Shown here one piece after another: positions 55,943 through 64,000 of a stretch of 64,000 nt of DNA (its first letter is position 1; each line of letters starts with the position of its first letter). The position numbers were made by a program, and so were the translations under genes. The DNA comes from Thermoplasmata archaeon (lineage in GTDB: Archaea; Thermoplasmatota; Thermoplasmata; Lutacidiplasmatales; SKW197): positions 10,609-74,608 of the forward strand of contig JAOAJK010000005.1 of assembly GCA_026414225.1 (NCBI GenBank), written 5' to 3'. Below the pieces are notes generated by a model. It ran no database searches, had not been told where the DNA came from, and saw only the letters and a list, made by a program, of their open reading frames with translations.

Positions 55943-56775
55943 TGCAAGTTGTAAAGTTTGAGGATAAGTTGTATAAGGACCTGGAAGAGTTCTGGTTAGC
56001 CATTGGTGAGCCGCAGCAATCTCTCTCAGGTTTTCTCACATCCGAAAACTATCTGAAGGATTCGCATTTGCTAGCCCTGGAAAACGAAAAAATTGTTGGT
56101 TCTGCATTTCTCATGGAATTTGACAGGATTTACTTTGTTCTGAGGTATCTGCCAGAACATAAGAATGCTGCATCGGAATTATTTGAGAAGCTGTGTGTGT
56201 ATGCGAGAACCAGGGGTATAAAAGAAATGTGCTGCTGGCTTTCTTCCGACAAGCATCCAGTAACGGAGTTGCTCCAGCAGTTTCCCCTCGCTCGTGCAGA
56301 AAAATATTACCGAATGGGTTGTGTGATTTCGCAACGCTCTGTTATGCCAGATAATGTAAGAATTTTAGAATCGGCTGAATCTGAAAATGTGAAACAGGTA
56401 GTTTTCGACGCATTTAGTGATACTGGTGAAAGAGAGATGATTGAGCGAACTCTGAAAGGGGCGATACCCGTGGAGAAGAGCGTATTTCTCGGTTGCTTTG
56501 AAGGAAATGTGCTCTGCGGGTGCGTGCTTATAATTGGCTATCCAAACGATAAAGCTAAGGCCTACATTCCAGTCATTGCGGTGAAGAAGGAACTGCAGCG
56601 GCGAGGGTATGGGAGGAGATTAATAGAGGGAGCAATTGCCTGGGCCTCTGACAACGGTGTCGAAGAACTGACATTGTCCGTGAAAACGGATAACCTTCCT
56701 GCAATCAGATTATACTCCCGCACCGGCTTCAGGGTGAATGACGAAGTTGAGATATACTGCATCAAGTGTGGTTAA
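55942..56775 (+). CDS. Tandem GNAT-family acetyltransferase
   Basis: IAVKKELQRRGYGRRL, NLPAIRLYSRTGF; real start ATG 55942. Confidence 0.88.
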   Translation: MQVVKFEDKLYKDLEEFWLAIGEPQQSLSGFLTSENYLKDSHLLALENEKIVGSAFLMEFDRIYFVLRYLPEHKNAASELFEKLCVYARTRGIKEMCCWLSSDKHPVTELLQQFPLARAEKYYRMGCVISQRSVMPDNVRILESAESENVKQVVFDAFSDTGEREMIERTLKGAIPVEKSVFLGCFEGNVLCGCVLIIGYPNDKAKAYIPVIAVKKELQRRGYGRRLIEGAIAWASDNGVEELTLSVKTDNLPAIRLYSRTGFRVNDEVEIYCIKCG

Positions 56776-56779
56776 AGTT

Positions 56780-57349
56780 TTACGCCTCCCAGGTTATTAC
56801 AAACTCACAATGGTCTGCGCCGTCATGAACGCATTTTGTCTCCTTGCAGACCGTGTTTTTTGCCCTGCATAAAACCCCCACCCCCTCGAAGTATCCACAA
56901 AGGTAGTGACACATTATTTTGGATACCTTAAAATCTTTCAGTCCAATCACTCCAATCCCTTTTTCATTTTTAATCACTTCAAGGGTTCCTATGGAATAGT
57001 GTTCCCTCCACAGGGGAGGACCCTGATTGATTGCGGAGTTAGGTCCCACAAAATATTTTATAAATAGTTTTAGAATCAGCGAGGCGGTAGGGGCTTCCCG
57101 TCCCATTGCTTTGAGCTTCTCGATGTCATTCTCAAAGAGGGCAAGACATCCCTCGAGAAACACGATGCGGGTCGACAATGGGATATGCTCGGAAGGTTTC
57201 ATCTCCTCAATTTTTGCAATGGTAAGTTTCAATCCTCTCGCTTTCAGGTAGTTGTCCAGATACGCCAGACCTGCACTTCCCTTTTTCTTCCTGAGGTAAG
57301 AAATGTTGGTCTGAAAGATGGAAGCCCTACATGTGCCTTCTGTCATCAT
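56780..57349 (-). CDS. V4R / H-NOX-like ligand-binding domain protein
   Basis: [10 protein letters not shown]...[19 protein letters not shown]4R signature. Confidence 0.8.
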   Translation of the reverse strand: MMTEGTCRASIFQTNISYLRKKKGSAGLAYLDNYLKARGLKLTIAKIEEMKPSEHIPLSTRIVFLEGCLALFENDIEKLKAMGREAPTASLILKLFIKYFVGPNSAINQGPPLWREHYSIGTLEVIKNEKGIGVIGLKDFKVSKIMCHYLCGYFEGVGVLCRAKNTVCKETKCVHDGADHCEFVITWEA

Positions 57350-57834
57350 ATCATCCTCTCAAATCTTTCCTGCTTTGCCTTGCATATCGGGCATACCATA
57401 GGGGGCTGATCCCTCGCACAGAGATACCCGCACACCCTGCATCGCCACACAGGATATTTCAGATTGCTCATCGGGAAATTATTCTGGCGTTCTAGAGGGT
57501 TCGCTCTTCTCCGTTCCGGGATGGAGGTCACCTGCTTTTTTCCATTTGCTACATCTTCGCTCACATAAAGTGCACAGTAGCATGCCCCGTATTCATTCAG
57601 GTCAGCATCTCTATAATCGCAGGGGCAGATAATATCAAGGTCTTTTTCCTTCACGCCAGAAGCTAGACGGCAGGGGCATGCCCAGTACCCGTATCTTTTT
57701 TCATTGATCAACAAACTTTTCACAAGTCCCTTGGTAAACTCTGTATCGGAATTCAGGAAGTAGCCAGCATCTTCTGCCTCTTTCTTCAGTTTATTGTAGA
57801 GTTTTTCTACCTCTCCATCCGAGATTTCTATCAT
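57346..57834 (-). CDS. Ferredoxin-thioredoxin reductase-like enzyme with C-terminal rubredoxin (FDR type)
   Basis: [20 protein letters not shown], then [13 protein letters not shown]. Confidence 0.92.
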   Translation of the reverse strand: MIEISDGEVEKLYNKLKKEAEDAGYFLNSDTEFTKGLVKSLLINEKRYGYWACPCRLASGVKEKDLDIICPCDYRDADLNEYGACYCALYVSEDVANGKKQVTSIPERRRANPLERQNNFPMSNLKYPVWRCRVCGYLCARDQPPMVCPICKAKQERFERMI

Positions 57835-58112
57835 ATCTTCAGGGTCTCCCTCAACTTTCTTTCGTCAAAACCTACGACACACAGAGAATCATTGATCACA
57901 ATCGTGGGGAATGAGAGCGAGGGGTTCCACCTTTCCACTTCCTTAACAATCTTGTCCCTCTCATCTCCCTGTAGGAGGTCCACATCCACATACGAGTATT
58001 CGATGCCATTATCTTTCAAAAACTGCTTTGTTTTTTTGCACCATCCGCATGTGCTCAGCGCGTAAATCAACACCTTCCCGCGGTTTCTTCCTGGAACTTT
58101 GGTGAAATTCAT
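57831..58112 (-). CDS. Glutaredoxin-like NrdH-family redoxin
   Basis: [22 protein letters not shown]. Confidence 0.9.
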   Translation of the reverse strand: MNFTKVPGRNRGKVLIYALSTCGWCKKTKQFLKDNGIEYSYVDVDLLQGDERDKIVKEVERWNPSLSFPTIVINDSLCVVGFDERKLRETLKI

Positions 58113-58207
58113 AATTATCGGGTGATACGGAAGACATAAGGGTATATATCTTTTCCCCAACCGACAAGGTAAAATAGGGTTATTTCTCTTACCCCTCGGG
58201 TGTAAAT

Positions 58208-59572
58208 ATGGAGGATTTTCTCCATCGACATGCGAGTCCGGATGTGACTTATGCGGATTTAAGAAGTGTCAGGATCAAAACCCTTTACATAGAAATGAAA
58301 AACGAGGAAATCACAAGATGTGTAAGCGGAATGGATTCCGGAATTGGGATTCGCGTGCTTTCAAACGGAGCGATTGGTTTTGCAGCCAGCACGGATGTCA
58401 CTAGAAAAAGTGCCCAGCAATGCCTGGAGAAAGCGTACAAAATTTCCAAGAATTTGAAGGGAAAAACCGTCAGGTTCGAGAAGGTTAATACCGAAAAGGG
58501 TAAGGCGATATGGAAAGGAAAGAAACCCCATGAGACCGTGTCTATAGAAGAGAAAATCGGATATATGAAAGAGCTGCGTGACTTGGCCAGCGATTACAGG
58601 AATGTAAAAAATCTTACCCTCACATACAGTGAATCGTTGATTGAGACAGAGTTTTATAACTCAAACGGTGCCTGCATCCTGATGTCAGTACCGAGAACTG
58701 CAATGCGGATTCAAGCCGTCGCGAGCACTGAAGGCAAAATTACCAGTGTCACGGGCAGCGTTGGAGGTACCGGAGGGCTGGAAATATTTATGAAGTATTC
58801 TCCGGAGGAAGAGCTGAAGAAAACATGTGCCTCCGCAGAGAGACAACTCAATGCCCAGAATGCTCCGAGTGGGGTTTTTACTGTGATTGCAGACCCTGAA
58901 CTCTCAGGTGTTTTTGCACATGAAGCCCTTGGCCATGCATGTGAAGCCGATGGGGTGATTGCAGGGGGCTCCTGCCTTGCAGGTAGACTCAACACGAGAA
59001 TTGGCAACGATCTAGTCACCGTTGTAGATGACCCGACGCTCCCCGGCGAAAACGGAAGTTTTCCATACGACGATGAGGGTACCAAAACCTGCAGGAAGGT
59101 TCTTGTTGAGGGGGGAATTCTAAAAAGCTATCTCCACTCCTTGGAGACCGCCACATTCCTCGGCATGGAAAAGAATGGAAGCGCAAGGGCTGAATCCTAT
59201 GCTGCACCCCCGCTGGTGCGGATGAGTAACACCTTCATTGAGAAGGGAGATTTTGGATTTGAGGAGATGGTAAAAGAGGTGAAGTTCGGGGTCTATGCCA
59301 AGGGCTCGAGAGGAGGCCAGGTAGACACCACGAAGGGGACCTTCCAGTTTTCGGCACAGGAAGGTTTTTTGATTGAAAACGGAGAAATAACCAAGCCGCT
59401 TAAGGACCTCTCCCTGGCGAGCGATATACTTTCAATCTTCCATCAAATAGACGCTGTTGGAAAAGACCTGGCACTGGGCCACCCTGGAAACTGCGGGAAA
59501 GGACAGTGGGTGCCAGTGAGCGATGGTGGTCCCCACATAAGAATAAGGGATGTGCGGGTTGGCGGGGGGTGA
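58208..59572 (+). CDS. tldD: TldD metalloprotease subunit
   Basis: HEALGHACEAD, DDEG, RMSNT, CGKGQWVPVSDGGP. Confidence 0.92.
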   Translation: MEDFLHRHASPDVTYADLRSVRIKTLYIEMKNEEITRCVSGMDSGIGIRVLSNGAIGFAASTDVTRKSAQQCLEKAYKISKNLKGKTVRFEKVNTEKGKAIWKGKKPHETVSIEEKIGYMKELRDLASDYRNVKNLTLTYSESLIETEFYNSNGACILMSVPRTAMRIQAVASTEGKITSVTGSVGGTGGLEIFMKYSPEEELKKTCASAERQLNAQNAPSGVFTVIADPELSGVFAHEALGHACEADGVIAGGSCLAGRLNTRIGNDLVTVVDDPTLPGENGSFPYDDEGTKTCRKVLVEGGILKSYLHSLETATFLGMEKNGSARAESYAAPPLVRMSNTFIEKGDFGFEEMVKEVKFGVYAKGSRGGQVDTTKGTFQFSAQEGFLIENGEITKPLKDLSLASDILSIFHQIDAVGKDLALGHPGNCGKGQWVPVSDGGPHIRIRDVRVGGG

Positions 59573-59574
59573 AA

Positions 59575-60936
59575 ATGATGGACTTTGAGAAGGTTTTAAA
59601 CATGGGCAGGGCACGGGGAATTGAAGTCGAGATTTTTCACCAGGAAACAACATTCAGCACTATAAATATAGAGTATCATAAAATTCACTCGATGGATGCC
59701 GTGGACACCGCAGGAACCGGTATCCGGGTTTTTGCAGATGGAAAAATTGGTTTCGCATTCACGACCGAAAAAACCCAAAAGGATATGGAAAGATGCTTCA
59801 GGGAGGCGGTGAGGGCCGCCAGGCACAGCAAAACTCTCAAAAATTTTGTCTTCCCATCGGAAAAGAAATTTCCTTCAGTTAATGTGAGACCCAGCAACAA
59901 GATAGAGCGGCTTTCTTCTGGGGAAGCAACAGAGCACATTCAAACCATGCTGGATGCGGTGAAGGCAGTTAACAGGGAAATATTTGTTTGCGAGGGTCAT
60001 TTCGGGTACGGGATCGAGAAAACTGTGATAATGAACACTGCAGGTGTTCGGGCGGAGTTTGTGCGGTCAGCGTGTGGGATCACGATTGCCACGGCCTGCC
60101 CTACACCTGATAGTGTATCAATCGGGTTTGAAGAGGCAGAATCGCCAGAACTGGATTTTGATTTCGCGGAACTCGGAAAAAACGCCGCCTCTCTTGCCTT
60201 CAATGGTAGAAATCCTGAAAAACTCGAGGGGGGCAAGAAAAATGTGCTGCTCGTGGCCCCGGCAGCCAGGAATGTGATAGAAAGCACCCTTCTAGGGATG
60301 CTTCAGGGACACCATGCAATGCGCGGGGAGAGCCTCTTCGCAGGGAAGTTGAATGAAAAGGTGCTGGGTGAAAATATAAGTATTATAGACGACGGGTTGC
60401 TTGAAAACAGTCTAGCGACCGCACCTTTTGATGATGAAGGCACACCATCAAGAACGACAACATTGATCGACGCGGGTATTCTGAAGACATTTATCTTCGA
60501 TGCCTACACCGCTGCAGAGTTCAACCTAAAGACCACTGGCAACGGGATCCGTTCAATGCGGCTTTCTGCAGGAAGGACCTTCAAGTCCTTGCCCACGCCA
60601 AATTTCAGGAATTTTGTAATAACCAGCGAAACAGCGTCGACTGAAGCAATTCTGAAGGATTTCTCTCCCTGCCTCGTGGTTTATGCGGTGCTCGGAGCCC
60701 ACACAGCCAACCCGATTACAGGCAACTTTGCAGTCAACATTCCAATAGTGTTTGAGTATATGAACGGGGAGATGAAGCCAAAGAAACAGGGGATGCTGAG
60801 CGGCAACATTGCTGACTATCTGAATAGAAGGGTGATGATCTCAAAGAAAAGAAAGAATTGTTATGGCACATTTACTCCCACGAACTTTGCAATGCCCGAC
60901 ATTTTCATACCTGATGCCCAGATAACTGGTTCATGA
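59575..60936 (+). CDS. pmbA: PmbA/TldE subunit
   Basis: GIRV..DGKIGFA, PFDDEG, TGNG, HTANPITGNF; no HExxH; follows tldD. Confidence 0.9.
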   Translation: MMDFEKVLNMGRARGIEVEIFHQETTFSTINIEYHKIHSMDAVDTAGTGIRVFADGKIGFAFTTEKTQKDMERCFREAVRAARHSKTLKNFVFPSEKKFPSVNVRPSNKIERLSSGEATEHIQTMLDAVKAVNREIFVCEGHFGYGIEKTVIMNTAGVRAEFVRSACGITIATACPTPDSVSIGFEEAESPELDFDFAELGKNAASLAFNGRNPEKLEGGKKNVLLVAPAARNVIESTLLGMLQGHHAMRGESLFAGKLNEKVLGENISIIDDGLLENSLATAPFDDEGTPSRTTTLIDAGILKTFIFDAYTAAEFNLKTTGNGIRSMRLSAGRTFKSLPTPNFRNFVITSETASTEAILKDFSPCLVVYAVLGAHTANPITGNFAVNIPIVFEYMNGEMKPKKQGMLSGNIADYLNRRVMISKKRKNCYGTFTPTNFAMPDIFIPDAQITGS

Positions 60937-60937
60937 G

Positions 60938-61306
60938 CTAAACAGGGACCCGCATTCTCGTGAAGGGCGTGATTAGAAGGCCTGCACCTACGATGCCCAT
61001 CGCCAGGCTGATGAATCTGATGGTGGGGTCTGAGTAGTAAAGGATACTCAGCACGATTGCACAGCATATGAATATCCCTCCGAGAAAGGCGATAAACAGA
61101 ATTGCCTTCATCAGAATATCCCCTTCTTCGATCATCCAACAGTAAAATTCATGATTGTATAAAATAGTTTTTACGGATTGTCCAAGAGCACCGGGCTTTG
61201 GTTTGAGAAACACAGGTTTCGAGTAGTTTTCATTTTCGAAGTTTCGGGAATGGATCACCAAAACCAGCGATTTTTTCTCCTCCAGTCCATTCACGCAGCC
61301 CATCAT
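60938..61306 (-). CDS. Small two-TM membrane protein
   Basis: ATGA overlap with the clostripain stop; two C-terminal hydrophobic helices. Confidence 0.55.
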   Translation of the reverse strand: MMGCVNGLEEKKSLVLVIHSRNFENENYSKPVFLKPKPGALGQSVKTILYNHEFYCWMIEEGDILMKAILFIAFLGGIFICCAIVLSILYYSDPTIRFISLAMGIVGAGLLITPFTRMRVPV

Positions 61307-63465
61307 CTGCTGCTCTTTCTCAATCTCCAAATTACATAGCCGAAGGTAAAAGCGATTATTCCGGTCAGTCCAATCACCGAGGCCACGAACACATAATCAA
61401 TTACCGTGAAACCATCGGTCTGGATGTTGAACGAAAGTTCATAATTTTCGTCTTCTGAAAAGATCTGAATTTTTCTGAAATATGAATGATTGCCTGAGAT
61501 GATGTGCACATACAGATATTCTCCTTCCGTAAAATCAGAAGGACCTATGTATGTCTTGGTTCTGCCGATTATCCTTCCTTCAGCAAGGAGAATGCCGGTT
61601 CCGTTGTAAATCCGGTATTCGCACACACCTGGGTTATTGAGGGTAATGGTTATTCCTCTGGCTGGTATCTTGGTTTTAACACGGCATTTTTCAGTGTACA
61701 CATTATCTGTTTCATTGGTTTCCCTTAAGTTGTTTGCAGGATCGAGGAACACCAGAAATTTGAATTCTCCGGAAGCCAGCGACAGTTGCAAGTCGAGGCG
61801 GGTTGTGTTGTTCACATCAACGGTGAGGTTCTCCCGCCGGCTGAGGTTCCCAATCTCAATTATCGCCAGCGTGCTTACATTCACATTCCCAGAGTTTGCA
61901 ATCTCAATCCGTACAGTAAAGGTTCGATTTTCGACAGGGTGCTTCCCAGTGTCTCCCAGAATTCTGACACCATCCTCTCTGAAGAACTCCACGCTGGCAA
62001 TCTTGATGTTTGGCTTTACCTCTCCTACCCATTTCCTTTCCGATTTGAAAATTCCGTCAAGATAGAATTTTCCCCCGTAACTCGTATAATTGTATGCCAG
62101 AATTTCGTAGTAATCACAAACAGGGACTGTGTAGTTTATCCATGTTAAACTGGTGGTTTTCACCGCTTCCCCAGTGGAATCACAGATGTAGACCGTTGCG
62201 TTGCCCGGATTTTCTATGGAGATTGTAGTGTTTTCAAATTTTGTTGTCAATGCCAGAGCCACTGGCTGCAGCGAAGGAGGATTGAGGAAATCCAGCAAAA
62301 ACCTGCTCCAGTTTCTTTCGTTTGTAAATGTGGTCTTCAGATACTCTGAATTAAAGCTGGACTGCGGGAAATAAATGCTGAGACCCGAGACATTGTCGGC
62401 ACGGACGCCACTGGCAGGCAGAAATGCAGTGATTCCGCAGAACCTTAACACCGCTGACTGGAGGGATGATACAACCTCTCTGGCGCTTTTTCTAATCTGG
62501 ATGTAGGAAATGTTCTGCGATTTTCTGGCAAAGTCGCCAAGGTCAATATCGCCCCTGTTGTTGCCCTCATAGGTCTCTGTGGAGTTTCTCGCCTCTGAGA
62601 TTTCTGCATGGAGGAGAAATGTGCATGCTAACAGAGCGAGAGAAAAGTTGTCCACAGCATTGGCAAGTGTTTCAACCTTGCTTAGATTAATTGCGCTCAG
62701 GGCAACGGAGACAGAGAGAAAGGAGTGGGTTCTGTAGTGTTTTTCAAAGGCCTCAACCGCAATGGTAGCAAACCTTTCTGGTGTGAGCGGGGCAGTGCTC
62801 CTGGCCATGTTGAGAAGAAGGGAGTAATTCCAGCCATTTTCCGGCTCGTCCTTCTGGGAGCCAACAAAATATTTTGCAGAGTTGCGGAGGGCATAGACAA
62901 CTTCCATCAGCGCACCCTGGCAGGCATCGATGCCCAGCACATCAATCCCGAATCCACTCGTGGCTTCCGCAATTTCGGAGAGATTGAGCGAATCTCGCGA
63001 CTGGCTGTCCGTACAGAAGCCCTTCCAGCCACTACCATGGTCCCACAGCACGAGAAATGTGTGATTTCGCTGAAACCGGGTGCTAAAGTTAAGGAAATTT
63101 CTGAGAGTGTCTGGAGAGCCCATATTAACTTCCCGTGTGTCCGGAATCACTGCGCCCCCGTCATCCACAACCTCAAGCCCATTCTTTTTCACATTGTAAA
63201 TCTGTGAATCCCCAATTCCGTTTTTGTCCAGCAGTACCAGAATGTTTATATCAGCATCACTTCCTGCAGCCATCATCTGGGCAAGGTTGTTGTCCGCCGC
63301 AGCTGCAAGATTGTTATCTGCATCCATATAAACCAGAAATAGCCAGTCAGAGGCCTGAATGCTTCTGCCATCTTTCTCAGCGGTTTGCGGGCTCCCATGT
63401 ACGGGAATACCCGGCATGAGAAGGAGGAGAACCAGGAGAAAGGAGAAGTTTGGCTGAATTTTCAT
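61303..63465 (-). CDS. Membrane-anchored clostripain-family (C11) cysteine peptidase with CARDB-like domain
   Basis: Signal peptide, VYMDADNNL, LWDHGSG (His), IDAC (Cys), DPANNLRETNETDN, C-terminal TM. Confidence 0.9.
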   Translation of the reverse strand: MKIQPNFSFLLVLLLLMPGIPVHGSPQTAEKDGRSIQASDWLFLVYMDADNNLAAAADNNLAQMMAAGSDADINILVLLDKNGIGDSQIYNVKKNGLEVVDDGGAVIPDTREVNMGSPDTLRNFLNFSTRFQRNHTFLVLWDHGSGWKGFCTDSQSRDSLNLSEIAEATSGFGIDVLGIDACQGALMEVVYALRNSAKYFVGSQKDEPENGWNYSLLLNMARSTAPLTPERFATIAVEAFEKHYRTHSFLSVSVALSAINLSKVETLANAVDNFSLALLACTFLLHAEISEARNSTETYEGNNRGDIDLGDFARKSQNISYIQIRKSAREVVSSLQSAVLRFCGITAFLPASGVRADNVSGLSIYFPQSSFNSEYLKTTFTNERNWSRFLLDFLNPPSLQPVALALTTKFENTTISIENPGNATVYICDSTGEAVKTTSLTWINYTVPVCDYYEILAYNYTSYGGKFYLDGIFKSERKWVGEVKPNIKIASVEFFREDGVRILGDTGKHPVENRTFTVRIEIANSGNVNVSTLAIIEIGNLSRRENLTVDVNNTTRLDLQLSLASGEFKFLVFLDPANNLRETNETDNVYTEKCRVKTKIPARGITITLNNPGVCEYRIYNGTGILLAEGRIIGRTKTYIGPSDFTEGEYLYVHIISGNHSYFRKIQIFSEDENYELSFNIQTDGFTVIDYVFVASVIGLTGIIAFTFGYVIWRLRKSSR

Positions 63466-63604
63466 TGGGAATACACAGTTGGAAGGGCTATATCTAACTT
63501 ACGACCCTGTCTGGGGGTAGATGGCGGCTATACAAAACAAAATCAGGGACACCCTCAGCCCTGCTAAAGGCATAAATATAACTTCAATTATCACTCAAAA
63601 GAAT

Positions 63605-63681
63605 GGGCCTGTAGCTCAGCTAGGTAGAGCAATCGGCTCTTAACCGATGGGTCAAGGGTTCGAATCCCTTCAGGCCCGCCA
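63605..63681 (+). tRNA. tRNA-Lys(CTT), CCA encoded
   Basis: GGGCCTG/CAGGCCC acceptor, ATCGG-CTCTTAA-CCGAT anticodon arm, GTTCGAAT T-loop. Confidence 0.96.
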
Positions 63682-63715
63682 TTTGGGCCAGTGGAACTCT
63701 TTGGTAGGTGAATAA

Positions 63716-64000
63716 ATGCCTGGTTTATTGAAACAGCTTCAGGCAATGCTTGGAGACACATATGCGAAGGGAGACCTGTTCGAGCATTATGTGATTAACC
63801 TGTTCCCAGATGACTACTTTAAAATCCTTCATGCAACAACCAGGAGAGACGACCTCGGAGGCAGACAGATAGAATCGGCAAAAAACCCGGATTTTCATAT
63901 AGAACACATTCCAACAAAACACAAGTTCTGGGTAGAGGCCAAGTTCAGAAGGGACCTGTTCCAGAACAAACTTGTATGGTGCAAAGAATTCCAGCTTAAA
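63716..64000 (+). CDS. PD-(D/E)XK nuclease-family protein; 3'-partial (not in ORF track)
   Basis: AGGTGA RBS; MPGLLKQLQAMLGDTYAKGDLFEHYV...KNPDFHIEHIPTKHKFWVEAKFRR..., open to the window end. Confidence 0.75.
   Translation, partial: MPGLLKQLQAMLGDTYAKGDLFEHYVINLFPDDYFKILHATTRRDDLGGRQIESAKNPDFHIEHIPTKHKFWVEAKFRRDLFQNKLVWCKEFQLK

Noticed and set aside
58208-60936. TldD/PmbA as part of a RiPP cluster with the micro-peptide or radical SAM gene
   Set aside because: These genes are 24-36 kb apart, no YcaO or precursor is adjacent, and TldDE is widespread housekeeping.
63725-63922. 65-aa minus-strand ORF
   Set aside because: The + strand frame has an RBS and nuclease motifs, so this ORF is its shadow.

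Overview
Gene-dense chromosomal segment of an anaerobic archaeon, most likely Thermoplasmatota. This assignment is inferred from archaeal aIF5B, Dph5 and S2, GGTGA-type RBSs, TATA promoters, a BHB tRNA intron and an AGT-EndoV fusion. The window holds about 50 CDSs and 5 tRNAs: Ser-CGA, Gly-TCC, Phe-GAA, intron-containing Gly-CCC and Lys-CTT. Housekeeping genes include rps2, eno, pyrBI, infB, dph5, atpD, smc-scpA-scpB and tldD-pmbA. Likely peptide-fermentation and redox genes include two AOR-family enzymes with Fe-S partners, a MoaD/SAMP protein, a 4-hydroxybutyryl-CoA dehydratase-like protein, an ArcE/cDPGS-family protein, FTR-rubredoxin with NrdH, and clostripain. No CRISPR array, rRNA or transposase was seen. 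Main leads: (1) an active ChlI-type AAA+ with a poly-zinc-ribbon arm plus a catalytically degenerate paralog with a strict 15-residue repeat stalk, with a ~1975-aa helical-repeat protein between them; (2) a PfkB kinase with a 2x[4Fe-4S] ferredoxin inserted in the fold; (3) a tRNA-Gly intron built from a duplicated palindrome; (4) an unannotated 31-aa micro-ORF with its own promoter, RBS, hairpin and terminator; (5) a PD-(D/E)XK nuclease directly after tRNA-Lys at the right edge. All family calls come from motif recognition by eye; no database searches were run.
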